This document shows positions 45,354 through 56,554 of a stretch of 64,000 nucleotides of DNA, in pieces. The stretch covers positions 384,001-448,000 of the forward strand of contig CBDBKE010000002.1 of assembly GCA_965206645.1 (NCBI GenBank). Reading direction: 5' to 3'. Position numbers and translations under genes: made by a program. This DNA is from Terriglobia bacterium. Its GTDB lineage: Bacteria > Acidobacteriota > Terriglobia > JAJPHL01 > JAPKYU01. Within the stretch, counting starts at the first letter, position 1; the number at the start of each line of letters is the position of its first letter. The notes under the pieces were generated by a model. That model searched no databases and was not told the origin of the DNA. It was given only the letters and a program-made list of their open reading frames with translations.

Positions 45354-46625
45354 TCAGGCGCGGACAAGCTGGAAGTGGCTGATCTCCGGCGGGCACTGGA
45401 CGCGGATCGGCAAGCCTACAAACCCCACGCCTCGGTTCACGTACAGGTAGTGGTGGCCTTCCCGGTAGAGGCCGCTCAGGTAGCGGAACATGGCCGAGCC
45501 CAGCGCCAGAGGGCGCCCGTTGTGCTCGGCGATCACGATTTGTCCGCCGCCGTGCGTGTGGCCGGCCAGCGTCAGGGAAATGCCGAATTCAGGAGCCTCG
45601 TAAAAGACGTGCGGATGATGAACCAGCAGAATACGGGGCGCCTCGCCCTGGTATCCCTCGAGCGTCTGCCGCAGCGCCGCGCGCGCCATCCGACTCAGGT
45701 AGAGGTTGGGATTACCGCGTGGAAAGCCGGTCCAGTCCAGCCCTAGCAGCAACAACTCCTCACCGCCCTGCCGGAGGCCCTCGCGCTGATTGCGGAGCAT
45801 GCGCACCCCCACCGCTTCCATGCCCGCAATGAGGCGCAGGCAGCCCGGATAGGCCGGACGGCGGCGGTCGGCGTAGTAGTCATGGTTGCCCAGGATGCCA
45901 AAAATGCCCAGCGGGGCGCGCAGGCGGCTGAGTTCCTGCTGCGCGACAGGCAACAGGTCAAGGCTGGAATCTAGGATGTCGCCGGTGATGACCACCAGGT
46001 CCGAGCGCAGATTGTTGGCCTCCTCAATTGCGCGACGCAACTCCCGCTCGCGAATGTAGGCACCCGCATGCAGGTCCGAAAGCTGGGTGATAGTCAGCCC
46101 GTCGAAGGCCCGTGGCAAATTCCTCACCGGGATCTTTACCAGTGGCGAGACTTCCAGGTCCTCGGAGCCATAGATCGCTCTGGCGGAGAATGCAAGAAGC
46201 ACTGGCGGGATTACGGCGGCGGCGGAAGCCAGAAAATTTCGCCGGGCCACGACGGTCGCCGGGGCCGGTTGGCTGCGCCGGAACAGCCAGCGGACCCCGT
46301 GAAGGATTCCGCCTACCAGCTCAGCAGGGGAGGCAAGCAGCAGGAAGGCCAACAGCATAGCCACCCAGGCATAGAAGGGGTAAATGAACCAGCGCAGGGC
46401 TGGCTGGGAAAGATGGTGCAGGCCCACGCCCGCTATCCAAAGGATCACCAGGGCCAGATACGGGGCGTTCATCAACAGGAACAGGCTTCGTACTGCCCAG
46501 ATCCAGCGGGTTGCCGCATCCCCCGAGCGCCAGCGCAGCACCAGGCGGCGCGCTTTACAGTAGAGGTAATAGTTCAGTCCGGCTAGAAAGAAACCCAGGA
46601 TGCCGGCAAACAAAACAAACCGCAT
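45354..46625 (-). CDS. Membrane-bound metallophosphoesterase
   Basis: DLH, GD, GNHD, HH, GHTH motifs; N-terminal TM helices. Confidence 0.92.
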   Translation of the reverse strand: MRFVLFAGILGFFLAGLNYYLYCKARRLVLRWRSGDAATRWIWAVRSLFLLMNAPYLALVILWIAGVGLHHLSQPALRWFIYPFYAWVAMLLAFLLLASPAELVGGILHGVRWLFRRSQPAPATVVARRNFLASAAAVIPPVLLAFSARAIYGSEDLEVSPLVKIPVRNLPRAFDGLTITQLSDLHAGAYIRERELRRAIEEANNLRSDLVVITGDILDSSLDLLPVAQQELSRLRAPLGIFGILGNHDYYADRRRPAYPGCLRLIAGMEAVGVRMLRNQREGLRQGGEELLLLGLDWTGFPRGNPNLYLSRMARAALRQTLEGYQGEAPRILLVHHPHVFYEAPEFGISLTLAGHTHGGGQIVIAEHNGRPLALGSAMFRYLSGLYREGHHYLYVNRGVGFVGLPIRVQCPPEISHFQLVRA

Positions 46626-46685
46626 ACTGAATCAGCATACTTATCTGGGCGCTGGTCTGGCAAGAGCAGAACCAACCGCGTCGCC

Positions 46686-47666
46686 CTACCCGGGCCGATT
46701 CCGTGACGCATGCCAGCGCCAGGCGTGTTCTACAAGAGAATCCAACTCGGGGTAGCGGGGCCGCCACCCTAGCACCTGGGCGGCACGGCTCGCATCGGCC
46801 ACCAGGGCCGGCGGGTCGCCCGGACGCCGGCCGGTTTCCCGCACCGGGAAGTGCCGCCCACTGACTCGCTCGACTGCTTGGATCACTTCCCGCACGGAGT
46901 GCCCTTGGCCCGTGCCCAGGTTCAGCGCCATGCTGCTGCCACCGTTTGCGAGATAGCGTAACGCCCGCACGTGGGCCTCGGCTAAGTCCGTCACGTGGAC
47001 GTAATCGCGGATGGCGGTTCCGTCTGGGGTTGGGTAGTCGGTTCCGAAAATTTCCACAAAAGGCCGCTGGCCCAGTGCGGCCTGGATCACCAGTGGAATC
47101 AGGTGCGTCTCGGGTTCATGCTCTCCGCCGATCTCCCCTTCCGGATCCGCCGCCGCTGCGTTGAAGTAGCGCAGCGATATCCAGTTCAGCCCGTATGCCT
47201 GGCCATACCAGTCGAGCACGCGCTCGACAAACCATTTGGATTCTCCGTAAGGGTTCACCGGGCGCTGTGGATGATCCTCGCGTAGGGGAACGGATTCGGG
47301 AAGCCCGTAGCTCGCACAGCTGGAGGAGAAGACAATGTGCCTGACGCCGTTGTCGAGCATGGCTTCAAGCAGATTCAGCGTATTGGCAACATTGTTGCGG
47401 AAGTATTTTCTGGGGTTGGCGACCGACTCGGACACATCCGCGTGAGCAGCAAAGTGAATCACTGCTTCCACGCGATATTCCTGCAGCAACTCCTGCAGCA
47501 AGCTCGTATTGGCTAGATCCCCGACCACCAGCGGACTCCAGCGCACCGCCCAGCGATGTCCGATCTCCAGGTTATCCAGCACGACCGGTTGGAAGCCGGA
47601 GCGGGCCAACACTTTCGTCGTGTGGCTTCCGATGTAACCCGCCCCGCCTGTGACCAGAATACGCAT
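46686..47666 (-). CDS. galE: UDP-glucose 4-epimerase
   Basis: TGGAGYIGSH, YGESK, LRYFNAA, DYPTPDGT.IRDY.HV.DLA. Confidence 0.93.
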   Translation of the reverse strand: MRILVTGGAGYIGSHTTKVLARSGFQPVVLDNLEIGHRWAVRWSPLVVGDLANTSLLQELLQEYRVEAVIHFAAHADVSESVANPRKYFRNNVANTLNLLEAMLDNGVRHIVFSSSCASYGLPESVPLREDHPQRPVNPYGESKWFVERVLDWYGQAYGLNWISLRYFNAAAADPEGEIGGEHEPETHLIPLVIQAALGQRPFVEIFGTDYPTPDGTAIRDYVHVTDLAEAHVRALRYLANGGSSMALNLGTGQGHSVREVIQAVERVSGRHFPVRETGRRPGDPPALVADASRAAQVLGWRPRYPELDSLVEHAWRWHASRNRPG

Positions 47667-47899
47667 CCAAGCACCTACGAGAGAAGGAGTCCGCACTTTA
47701 CTACAATCCGTTGCTTACGAAGCACCAAGTCCCCCGTCCAGCCCAAATTTTATGAGGTCCCAGTCACATGGACATTCATGATCAATCCTACTTCCTGGGT
47801 TTAACGAAAAGTAGTTAGAGGTCGTGAAAAGTTATTAATTGAGCTTCATCTATGTTTACAAGATTCCGAGGGGGAGAACTCCTCCAAGCTGAAGCGGAC

Positions 47900-48471
47900 T
47901 GACCTGCCCCGGGTTGTTGGTCCACTTTTCATGTTAGTCCATAAGCCGTTGCAGCCGGGTGGAGCGGAGCGGAACCCGGCGGTAACGGCAAGATCGCTTC
48001 CGGGGCTGGCGGCCGGTAGCCCAACGCGCTGTGCGGGCGAACTTTGTTATACTCCCGTCGCCATCCCTCAATCAACACCTTCGCTTCCCGCAAGGTGTAG
48101 AAGATCTCTCCATTGAGAAACTCGTCTCGAAACTTCCCGTTCAACGATTCTACATACCCGTTTTCCCATGGGCTCCCCGGCTCGATGAACAAGGTCTTTA
48201 CCCCTACCCGCTCCAGCCAGTTCCGAACCAACCGTGCTGTGAACTCGGACCCATTGTCCGAGCGAATGTAATCGGGAACTCCTCGCTCCACAAACAAGGC
48301 TGCCAGCCGTTCCAAGACACTCATCGAATCAGCTCGCCGTCCTACGTTGATCGCCAAACATTCTCGCGTGTACTCATCCACCACCGTCAACATCTTCAGG
48401 GGACGACCGTCCCGGGTTCGATCTGCCACAAAATCGTGCGCCCAGACATGATCCCGCCAGCACGGTCTTAA
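47900..48471 (-). mobile_element. Truncated IS3 family element (right end plus orfB C-terminus) cut by IS1380
   Basis: IR TGACCTGCCCCGGGTTGTTGGTCCA; HVWAHDF, SDNGSEF, PWENG. Confidence 0.88.
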
Positions 48472-50129
48472 CCCGGATTTCCGTTTTAAAACTCCAAAGC
48501 TAACCTTATACTGACCTCCGACGCCAATATTTATGCCGGTTCCAGCGTCAATACAGCTTCCGGAGGTAGAAACCGAGTGGGTGAGAGGCAAAATCAGCCC
48601 TTTCAGTTCTCTTTCAATGCTGCATTGAAGGTCGATTTCCAGGGGTCGCGGGTTACTTCCGACGGCGGCCTGATCCTCGTGCGCGAATCAGACGAACATT
48701 TGGGATTCGGAGAACTCATCAAACAGCACTTGGCCGATCCTCGGAGAAAGAACACACGGTTGCCCTTTGCTGACCTCCTGCGCCAGTCCGTGTACAGCCG
48801 CTTGGCGGGTTACGAAGATATGAATGACGCGGAACGGCTCTCTCAAGATCCGACGTTCCGGCTGATCGGTTCAGAAAAGATCTGGGAGCGAGGAGCCGCG
48901 TTGACTTCCCGGCTGCAATCGTTCGAGACAGAACTACTGACGCAAGATGAGAACCTGGCTGGTTTGGCAGCGATCAACCGGGATTTAATCGCCAGGGCGG
49001 AAGCTATGGATTCCCCGCAACGGGTGGTGCTGGACATGGACTCGACCGAGATTCCGGTCTACGGCCAGCAGGAGCAGAGTGCCTACAACGGGCATTTCGA
49101 GTCGAGCTGCTATCACCCGTTGTTGCTGTTCAATCGCGAGGGTGACTGTCTGGCGGCCAAGCTGCGACCGGGCAACGTGCACAGCGCCGAGGACTGGAAA
49201 GAACTTCTCCTGCCGGAGATCGAGCGGCAGCAGCAGCTGGGCAAGGAAGTGGTGTTTCGTGCCGACGCGGCCTTTGCCAAGCCGGAGATTTACGAGGCTC
49301 TGGAGGAGCGGGAGGTAAAGTACGCCATCCGCATCCCGGCTAACGACAGCCTACAGCGGGACATTGAGGAGTTGCTGACTCGGCCGGTGGGGAGACCCAG
49401 CAAGAAGCCGTTGGTGGAGTTCAAGGGCTTTCTATACCAAGCGGCCAGTTGGAAGACAGCCCGCAGGGTGGTGGCCAAGGTGGAGCATCATCCAGGGGAG
49501 CTGTTCCCGCGAGTAGGGTTTATCGTTACGAACTTGACTCTGCCAAGTCGGGCGGTGATGCGGTTTTACAACAAGCGGGGGACAGCGGAGCAGTGGATCA
49601 AAGAAGGAAAGCAAGCAGTGAAGATGACGCGGCTCAGTTGTCACCGGTTCCGGTCGAACGAGGTCCGGCTGTGGCTCACCATCATTGCCTATAATCTCGG
49701 CAACCTGTGGCGGCGACTGGTGCTGCCACAGAGAATCGGGAACTGGTCCCTGACGAGCTTGCAACAGCGGTTGGTGAAAACGGGAGGACGGCTGGTGAAA
49801 CATGCGCGATATTACTGGCTTTTGCTGGCCGAAGGGCACTTGAGCCGGAGGCTGTTCAGCAGCATGCTGCGAACGATCTCGGCACTGCCGCTGCCAGACG
49901 GCTAGCGAACCGGGAGAGAGGGTAATTTTAGGTGCTCAGAAGTGGTCGGGCCGGATAAGTGTCAGCGGCGCGGCAGGCTGGGCAGGCGAACCCCGCACAG
50001 CGACTCCGAAGAACAGCCAAAATGTGCCGCACTACCACCTCAAAGAGGCCAGAGCTGTTTGCGGTTGACACGACAGGGTACGAGGCATAGCTTTTCGGGT
50101 GAAGAGGAAGCTCAAAATGGAAATTCCGG
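48472..50129 (+). mobile_element. IS1380 family insertion sequence (copy B)
   Basis: Ends CCCGGATTTCC / GGAAATTCCGG; no matching TSD. Confidence 0.9.
48577..49905 (+). CDS. IS1380 family transposase
   Basis: Close paralog of 18695-20023. Confidence 0.9.
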   Translation: MGERQNQPFQFSFNAALKVDFQGSRVTSDGGLILVRESDEHLGFGELIKQHLADPRRKNTRLPFADLLRQSVYSRLAGYEDMNDAERLSQDPTFRLIGSEKIWERGAALTSRLQSFETELLTQDENLAGLAAINRDLIARAEAMDSPQRVVLDMDSTEIPVYGQQEQSAYNGHFESSCYHPLLLFNREGDCLAAKLRPGNVHSAEDWKELLLPEIERQQQLGKEVVFRADAAFAKPEIYEALEEREVKYAIRIPANDSLQRDIEELLTRPVGRPSKKPLVEFKGFLYQAASWKTARRVVAKVEHHPGELFPRVGFIVTNLTLPSRAVMRFYNKRGTAEQWIKEGKQAVKMTRLSCHRFRSNEVRLWLTIIAYNLGNLWRRLVLPQRIGNWSLTSLQQRLVKTGGRLVKHARYYWLLLAEGHLSRRLFSSMLRTISALPLPDG

Positions 50130-51675
50130 TTCACCACGTCTTCTTGTACCTCAATCTTGCCGACGTGCGGGATCTGGGGTCGGACGAGGACTCGGTACTT
50201 GAAAGCCGGCTCTCCGAATCGAGCCGTGATATCGCGAATCTGCAAAGTGTAGTCGCCTTCCCGCTCGAAAGTGTACAGCACTCTTGCCTGGATCAGCTTG
50301 ACCCAATCGTCTCCGTCCCCGGCAACTTTTCGGAAATAGTTGGTCAGCATCTCCTCTCCGTTGGCGTCCATAACCGACAAATGCGGGTTGAAGACGGGAG
50401 TCGCCGCTTCGGGGGTCTCGAGCTCGAATGTCAACGTCGCTTTCGCTGGAACTTTGAACTTGAAAGTGTCCACGTCGCCCGGACGCTCGATTGCACCTCA
50501 AGCAGAAACGGAAGGGTTACCTCCGAAGCCTGGTCCGCGGTTTCATTGGGCTCTGTTTCTGTCAAGACGCTGTAATCTGTGGGCACGTGAACGGCATCCG
50601 TGCCCGAGGACGAGTCGCTCGCAGCCACCCTCCCCGTCGCCGCTGAGGACTTCCCCTCGCCCGAGCCGTGTCCCGTTGCGCTCTCGACAACGGTCCTCGC
50701 TTGCAGTGCCTGCAAACGATCGGGCTCAAGTTTTCTCCTAAAGGGGCTCCGCACCTCATCGATACCGTTCGGAGATGGTGGTGTGAGACGCTCTTCTTCC
50801 CTGGGAAAATGCAATGAACCCGGCTGGCCGACACAGAGCCGATAAGAATAGTCCGGCCCACCCAAACCTTGGAATGAGGTGACTGCCACAAAATAGCGGC
50901 CTGGCGTCTCAAATGTGTGGGTCAGACGAGCATCGGGCGCGAATGCGAGACGCAGCGGCCGCTCAGGGTCATACCAGCTTCCGCCTTCTCGGTACAGAGT
51001 GAACTGTGCTGTGTCAGCAGCGTTATGAGTGGTGTTGGAAACAGCGTGGAAGGTCAGCTCCTGACCCACGGCCACGTCGAACGAGTAGAAATCCCGTTCG
51101 GCCATTTCGGAGATCTTCCCGATGACAACGGCCGGAAATTCAAGGTGCTGCGCATCCTGGGTCCTGCTGTGGTCACTGGCAATTTCGAGCGTCACGGGCC
51201 GGGCGTCAACCAGGAACTCTAATGCGTTCGAGAGCCCGTTGGATGTTACCAGCCGGAACGAGTGCTTTCCCCTGTTGGCGTCCGGGTCGACCTCGATTTT
51301 CAAAAACGCCAGATGGCCCAGGACGGGCTTTTTTGCTCCGGTCTTTTCATTTGGTTTGCTGTCGAGCTCGATCTGCTCGACCTTTTCGACCCTGCCAGTC
51401 GCACCCTGAGTTGCGAACCAGACTGCATAGGCGCCTTCGAGGTTTTTCCCCCGGACTTGTGCTTCGAAGACCGAGCCTTGCTGGGCGGCCACAGGAATGA
51501 CGGATATCACCTCTGGAGTCGTCAAGGGCTCTGCTGTCTTTTGAGCCTGTAGCTGGCAATTAAGACAGAGGAAGAACCCAAGAGTCAGGGCACCAAGCGT
51601 ATTGCCCAACCTCGAAACTCGACCGTCTCTGCTCATCTGGACGATCCATTCGCCCTGTGGCTTTGGCTGCGGCAC
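50130..51675 (-). pseudogene. Secreted pre-peptidase C-terminal (PPC) repeat protein; frameshift near 50497 and 3' truncation by IS1380
   Basis: GKISEMAERDFYSF, GRYFVAV..F.G.GG....YRL; a 1-nt deletion breaks EGAIERPGDVDTFKF. Confidence 0.75.
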
Positions 51676-51821
51676 GCACAGGGCCGCCCAGCGACTTCGT
51701 GTTTACAAGTCCCGGCCTAAATGCCTCTTGTGCCAGGCCTTCGGTCCCGTAAGGCTCGCTGCAGAACCTCCGTGCTCCGCTCAGCCCACACGCCCACCCG
51801 GCGTCTGTTAACCAGACTTAG

Positions 51822-51928
51822 GCAGAATCCACAAAATGCCCTCCAGTACCCGTCGGTTGTCGGCTCAAGGCCGGTCCCCCCGGATTCTTCCGTAGCCGAG
51901 GGAGCAACGGCTCGATCTTTTCCCCCAG
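51822..51928 (-). pseudogene. IS5-family (DUF4096) transposase N-terminal remnant
   Basis: Manual translation with indels: EKIEPLLPRLRKNP...ADNRRVLEGILWIL. Confidence 0.6.
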
Positions 51929-52198
51929 ATTTTCGATTTCAAGTTTCCTGCGGCTCCAGAGTCTATGCTCAGCCGCCTGCCGCGTCAAGCTCGGAGCCCC
52001 AGACCTCTTTGGGGGGGGCGGCAGGGCTCGTTTTGGGACATCCAGCGCACTTGCCCGGGCCGTTTTTCGCCTCTCAACTGCCTCGCTGCCAATACTTTCT
52101 CAAGCTGCAGTAATTCTCTGAAACGGCAAGAGTTGGCTCAGACTTGGCAGATAGGTCCCCACCAGTCGGTTAGCGTCTACCGATGCTGCCACGCCGCC

Positions 52199-52400
52199 CA
52201 CTTGGATGTATAACGCCCTTATCGGAAACTGACCTACTACCCTAGCGGGCGTAGAGGGTCAGTTTCCGGTAAGCCGACTATACGGCCAAGTGAAACCGGG
52301 ATTGATAAACGCTAGGCCCTTGTGGGGACCTATCCGACATCGCTGTTGTAAAAGAGGGACGGTCCTTGGAAGGCAGCGGGGCCACGTTGCGCCTAGCCCC
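52199..52400. repeat. Non-coding element copy 1 (94-bp imperfect palindrome plus downstream block)
   Basis: CACTTGGATGTATA-ACGCCC-TTATCGGAAACTGACC...GGTCAGTTTCCGGTAA-GCCGAC-TATACGGCCAAGTG; homologous to 57218 and 59932. Confidence 0.85.
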
Positions 52401-52584
52401 CTCATGACACACCACTAGCGCGCCGATCGGCAGCTCGCGGTTCAATGGAAGGATCGCTCGGGGAACACGTTTCGACGTGCAGGCCGACTTCTCTTTCAGT
52501 TCTTCGCTGATCTTACTGGTGCAAGAAATAAGCGTTGTAGTTGTAGCACCGGCGTAGCACCGACAGCCTTTCTGCCAGTAAGAG

Positions 52585-52660
52585 TGGTGAGCACGGCAGG
52601 AGTCGAACCTGCAACCTGAGGATTAAGAGTCCCCTGCTCTGCCAGCTGAGCTACGTGCCC
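52585..52660 (-). tRNA. tRNA-Lys(CTT)
   Basis: GGGCACGTAGCTCAGCTGGCAGAGCAGGGGACTCTTAATCCTCAGGTTGCAGGTTCGACTCCTGCCGTGCTCACCA. Confidence 0.95.
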
Positions 52661-52678
52661 TTCGTCGTTCCTAACATC

Positions 52679-52881
52679 TTACATCAATAATACAATTTGT
52701 TCTGCACGTTCTAGCCCTGCGGGAATCGGCTCGAGAATGCTGGTGTCAGTTTTGGTGTCAGTTGGACCCTCAGGTTTGCCCGCCTGGATAGCCCGATTAA
52801 TCTCCGCCAACCGCTCCACGGCTGCCAGTTGGTAAGTGGGAGTGAGGTGAGCGTACCGGCAGGTCATGGCGATGGTCTTGT
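52679..52881 (-). pseudogene. Tyrosine integrase C-terminal remnant, truncated by IS21
   Basis: KTIAMTCRYAHL (catalytic Tyr box II) and TDTKTDT tail; ends 18 nt before the tRNA-Lys 5' end. Confidence 0.8.
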
Positions 52882-53014
52882 TATGAACGCCGGAGCAATA
52901 ATAGACCAGGGAGCGCCGCGCAAGCGGCGGTTTCTGGCGGTGCAAAATTAGACCAGCGCAGTTCGATTCCATCAAACATTGTGATTCTGATGTGTTTTGT
53001 GAAACACCGGAGGT

Positions 53015-54514
53015 GTGCACACAGTGGAACTCTATGCGCGTGTTCGACGAGCAGTTCAGGCTGAGGGGATCAGTGAACGGGAGGCGGCGCGGCAGTTCGG
53101 GCTAGCCCGCGAGACGGTCCGCAAGATGCTGCGGTACTCGATCCCTCCGGGCTATCGGCGGCAGCAGCCGGCGCGGCGGCCGAAGCTGGATGCCTGGGTG
53201 GGGATCATCGACCAGATCCTGGAGCAAGATAAGGCCCAGAGCAAGAAGCAACGCCACACGGCCAAGCGGGTTTTTGAGCGGCTGCGGGAGGAGCACGGAT
53301 TCCCGGGCGGCTACACCATCGTGAAGGACTACGTGCGGCTGCGGAAGCTGAGCCAGCGGGAGATGTTCGTGCCGCTGGAGCATCCACCGGGGGAGGCCCA
53401 GGCCGACTTTGGCGAAGCGCAAGTGGTGATCGGCGGGGTGGAGCGCAAGGCGCACTATTTCGTGATGGAGCTGCCGCAATCGGACGACTGCTTCGTGATG
53501 GCGTTTCCGGCTGAGACGACCGAAGCGTTCTTAGAAGGGCACAACCAGGCGTTCGGCTACTTCGGCGGAGTGCCTCGCACGATCCTGTACGACAACACCA
53601 AGCTGGCGGTGAGGCAGATCCTGGGTGACGGAACACGGAACAAGACGCGGGCGTTCTCCGAACTGCAGAGTCACTACCTGTTTGCGGAGAAGTTCGGACG
53701 ACCGGGCAAGGGCAATGACAAAGGGAAAGTGGAAGGACTAGTGGGTTACGTGCGGCGGAACTTCCTGGTGCCGGTGCCGCGGTGTGCCAGCTGGGAGGAG
53801 TTGCACGCGAAGCTGCGGGAACAGTGCACCCGGCGGCGAGAGCGGCGTCTGCGAGGACATCAAGAGACGATCGGCGAGCGGTTCGCGAAGGATCAACAGA
53901 GGCTGCTGCCCCTGCCGGCGACGCCCTATGAGGCCTGCGACAAACGGACCACACGGGTGACGTCACTGTCGCTGGTGCGGTATCGATCCAACGACTATTC
54001 GGTGCCGGTGGCTTGGGGGCACCGGGAGGTGCTGGTGAAGGGATTCGTCGAGGAAGTGGTGATCTGTGCAGCGAGCGAAGTGATCGCACGCCATGTCCGG
54101 AGCTAGGAACGGGAAGAGATGATCTTCGATCCGTTGCACTATCTGGCGCTGCTGGAGCAGAAGCCGAACGCGTTGAACCAGGCCGCCCCCCTGGCCGGCT
54201 GGGAGTTGCCGGAAGGCTTCGCGCAACTGCGGCGGCTGATGGAGGCGCGGTTAGGCAAGAAGGGCAAGCGGGAGTATGTGCAGGTCCTGCGACGGCTGGA
54301 GACGTTCCGTTGGACGGAAGTGTCGCTGGCCGTCGAGGACGCCTTGCGGCTGGGGGCGATCTGGTCTGACGCGGTCAAGCATCTGCTGCTGGGCCGGATC
54401 GAGCAGCGGCCGGCGCGGCTGGACCTGGAGCACTATCCGCACCTGCCGGCAACGCAGGTGGCCACCACAGCCGCCGCCGACTATCTGACCCTGCTCCGGG
54501 AAGGAGTCTGCTGA
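53015..54514 (+). pseudogene. istA: IS21 transposase with premature TAG at 54104
   Basis: QADFG, YDN, KGKVE DDE motifs; the same frame continues to 54514. Confidence 0.88.
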
Positions 54515-55278
54515 TGGACACGCCCCAGGTGTTGCTGGAACACCATCTGAAGGCCCTGCAATTACCCACCTTTTTGCGTGAGTACGACAAGGTGGCGCAG
54601 CAGTGCGCTGCCGAGGGCGTGGACTTCCCGCGCTACCTGCTGCGGTTGACGGAGCTGGAGCTGCTGGACCGGGAACGGCGCGCCACCGAGCGGCGCATTC
54701 ACCAAGCCAGGTTCGACGTGGTGAAGAGCCTCGACAGTTTCGATTTCCTGGCCCTTCCGTCGCTGAATAAGGCCTTGGTGCTCGAGCTGGCCCGAGGCGA
54801 GTTCATCGAACGCAAGGAGAACATCCTGGCTTTAGGGAACTCGGGCACGGGAAAAACCCACATTGCGTTGGCGCTGGGACTGGCCGCCTGTCAGAAAGGG
54901 TTCCGGGTCCGGTTCACTACGGCGGCCTCCCTGGCGCATGAGCTGATCGAGGCCAAGGACGAGCGGCGCCTGATGCGGTTCCAGAAGATGCTCTCCAGTT
55001 TCGAGCTGTTGATCATTGACGAGCTGGGTTTCGTGCCGCTATCCAAGACTGGGGCGGAGTTGCTGTTTGAGGTCTTCAGCCGGCGCTACGAACGCAGCGC
55101 CACCGTGGTGACCAGCAACCTGCCGTTCAACGAATGGACGGAGGCCTTCGGATCGGAGCGGCTGACCGGAGCCCTGCTGGATCGTCTCACCCACCATGTC
55201 CACATCCTGGAGATGAACGGGGAAAGTTGCCGGCTCAAGGACAGCAAACGAAGGCGTTCCGGAAAGCCTCGCGCCTGA
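54514..55278 (+). CDS. istB: IS21 helper ATPase
   Basis: GNSGTGKTH, LLIIDELG, TSN, LLDRLTHH. Confidence 0.95.
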   Translation: MDTPQVLLEHHLKALQLPTFLREYDKVAQQCAAEGVDFPRYLLRLTELELLDRERRATERRIHQARFDVVKSLDSFDFLALPSLNKALVLELARGEFIERKENILALGNSGTGKTHIALALGLAACQKGFRVRFTTAASLAHELIEAKDERRLMRFQKMLSSFELLIIDELGFVPLSKTGAELLFEVFSRRYERSATVVTSNLPFNEWTEAFGSERLTGALLDRLTHHVHILEMNGESCRLKDSKRRRSGKPRA

Positions 55279-55468
55279 TCTCACCCAATACTGGGCGACG
55301 AGTTGCGAGGGCGGCTTCCACTCCGGCCTAACCGCGCCGCCCTGCGGGCGTCGCAGGCCTCCGCTCCAACCGCCCCCGCAACTCCCTCTCAAATCAAAGC
55401 TTCCACCACCCCTGAACTGGTCTACTTTCTCTCCGCCGGAGTGGTCTAGTTTTACTCCGCCCTTGACA

Positions 55469-56194
55469 ACCGGGCTGGCCCTCGATAATTTCGCGGATAA
55501 TTGCGCAGCGAAAAGCCCCTCCACATCGACGAACGTTAAACGCCCCTTCCTGCGCTCGCTCTACAAGATCATCAACGACCGCAATATCCCCTTGGCTCTT
55601 CTTTATGATTTCCTCCTGGATGGACTGCCGGAACCCCGCTATTTTCTCGTAGGTCTCCAGGGCATCGTTTCCAGAAAAAGTTGTAGCCAGCTTCGCAAGA
55701 GCAGAAACTTTGGCGGGTCCCTCGGATGTGTTGATTCTTTCTTGCAACTGGGTCGGAAGTGAAAGAAGCTGAATGTACTTTCTCACGGTAGATGTTGACC
55801 AAGCCGTCTCCTCAGCCGCCCGTTCGTATGAACCGTAGCGATCATAGAGGGCCTTGAGCGCTCGCGCTTTGTCGAGTGGATGCATATCGGCTCTGTGTAC
55901 ATTTCCAACTAGGGACAGGGCAAGTGCATCAGCATCGTCAATATCGTCCCTGACCAAACAGGGCAACGGATCAAGCCCGACCCGCTGACATGCAAGCAGC
56001 CTTCGCTGGCCGACCAGAACCTCGTACCGGCCATCGGAACACGGGCGGACAATTGGCGGAGACAAAAGTCCTTTCTGGCGAATGCTTGCAGCAAGTTCCA
56101 TGATGCCCGAGTCTTCCTGCCCTGCATGGATATCTTTGCGTGCGTTTGACTCGGAAACGAACAGGCTCTTTAGGGGAATGTTCAGTTGTTGCAT
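55469..56194 (-). pseudogene. ParB/RepB/Spo0J-like protein, 3' end cut by IS21
   Basis: ELAASIRQKGLLSPPIVR, VGQRRLLAC, GNVHRADM (ENxxR degenerate), HTH; the ORF reads into the IS end. Confidence 0.75.
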
Positions 56195-56266
56195 TCCAGT
56201 ATCGCAGACCCAAATTCGGACTATTGTCCGTAGGACTAAAGTCCATACCGTACCACCATTTCCCTG

Positions 56267-56554
56267 TTGGCACAATCAAAGAGCAGACATATCCAGCCAC
56301 GTTCCGGTCCAGAGAAGGCGTTTGGCGAAGCGCTTCGGCAAGCCCGCCATGAACGAAGATTTTCCCAAGAGCAGTTGGGATTTGAGACTGGGTTCGACCG
56401 GACTTATATCAGCTTATTGGAACGCGGCCTGCAAAGCCCAACTATCAGAACTGTGGTGAGGCTTGCGGCCGTGTTGAAGGTAGCACCCTCCGACCTAATC
56501 AGACGTATGGAAATGCTTATGTCACCGCGGTCCCGAGAGCGCACGCGCCCGTGA
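56267..56554 (+). CDS. XRE family HTH regulator, divergent from the ParB-like gene
   Basis: FGEALRQAR..SQEQL...DRTYISLLERG..SPT. Confidence 0.88.
   Translation: MAQSKSRHIQPRSGPEKAFGEALRQARHERRFSQEQLGFETGFDRTYISLLERGLQSPTIRTVVRLAAVLKVAPSDLIRRMEMLMSPRSRERTRP

Larger units (their letters stand above)
52882..55468 (+). mobile_element. IS21 family element
   Basis: Ends TATGAACGCCGGAGCAATAATAGACCA / TGGTCTAGTTTTACTCCGCCCTTGACA with repeated internal sites; istA-istB; no TSD. Confidence 0.9.
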
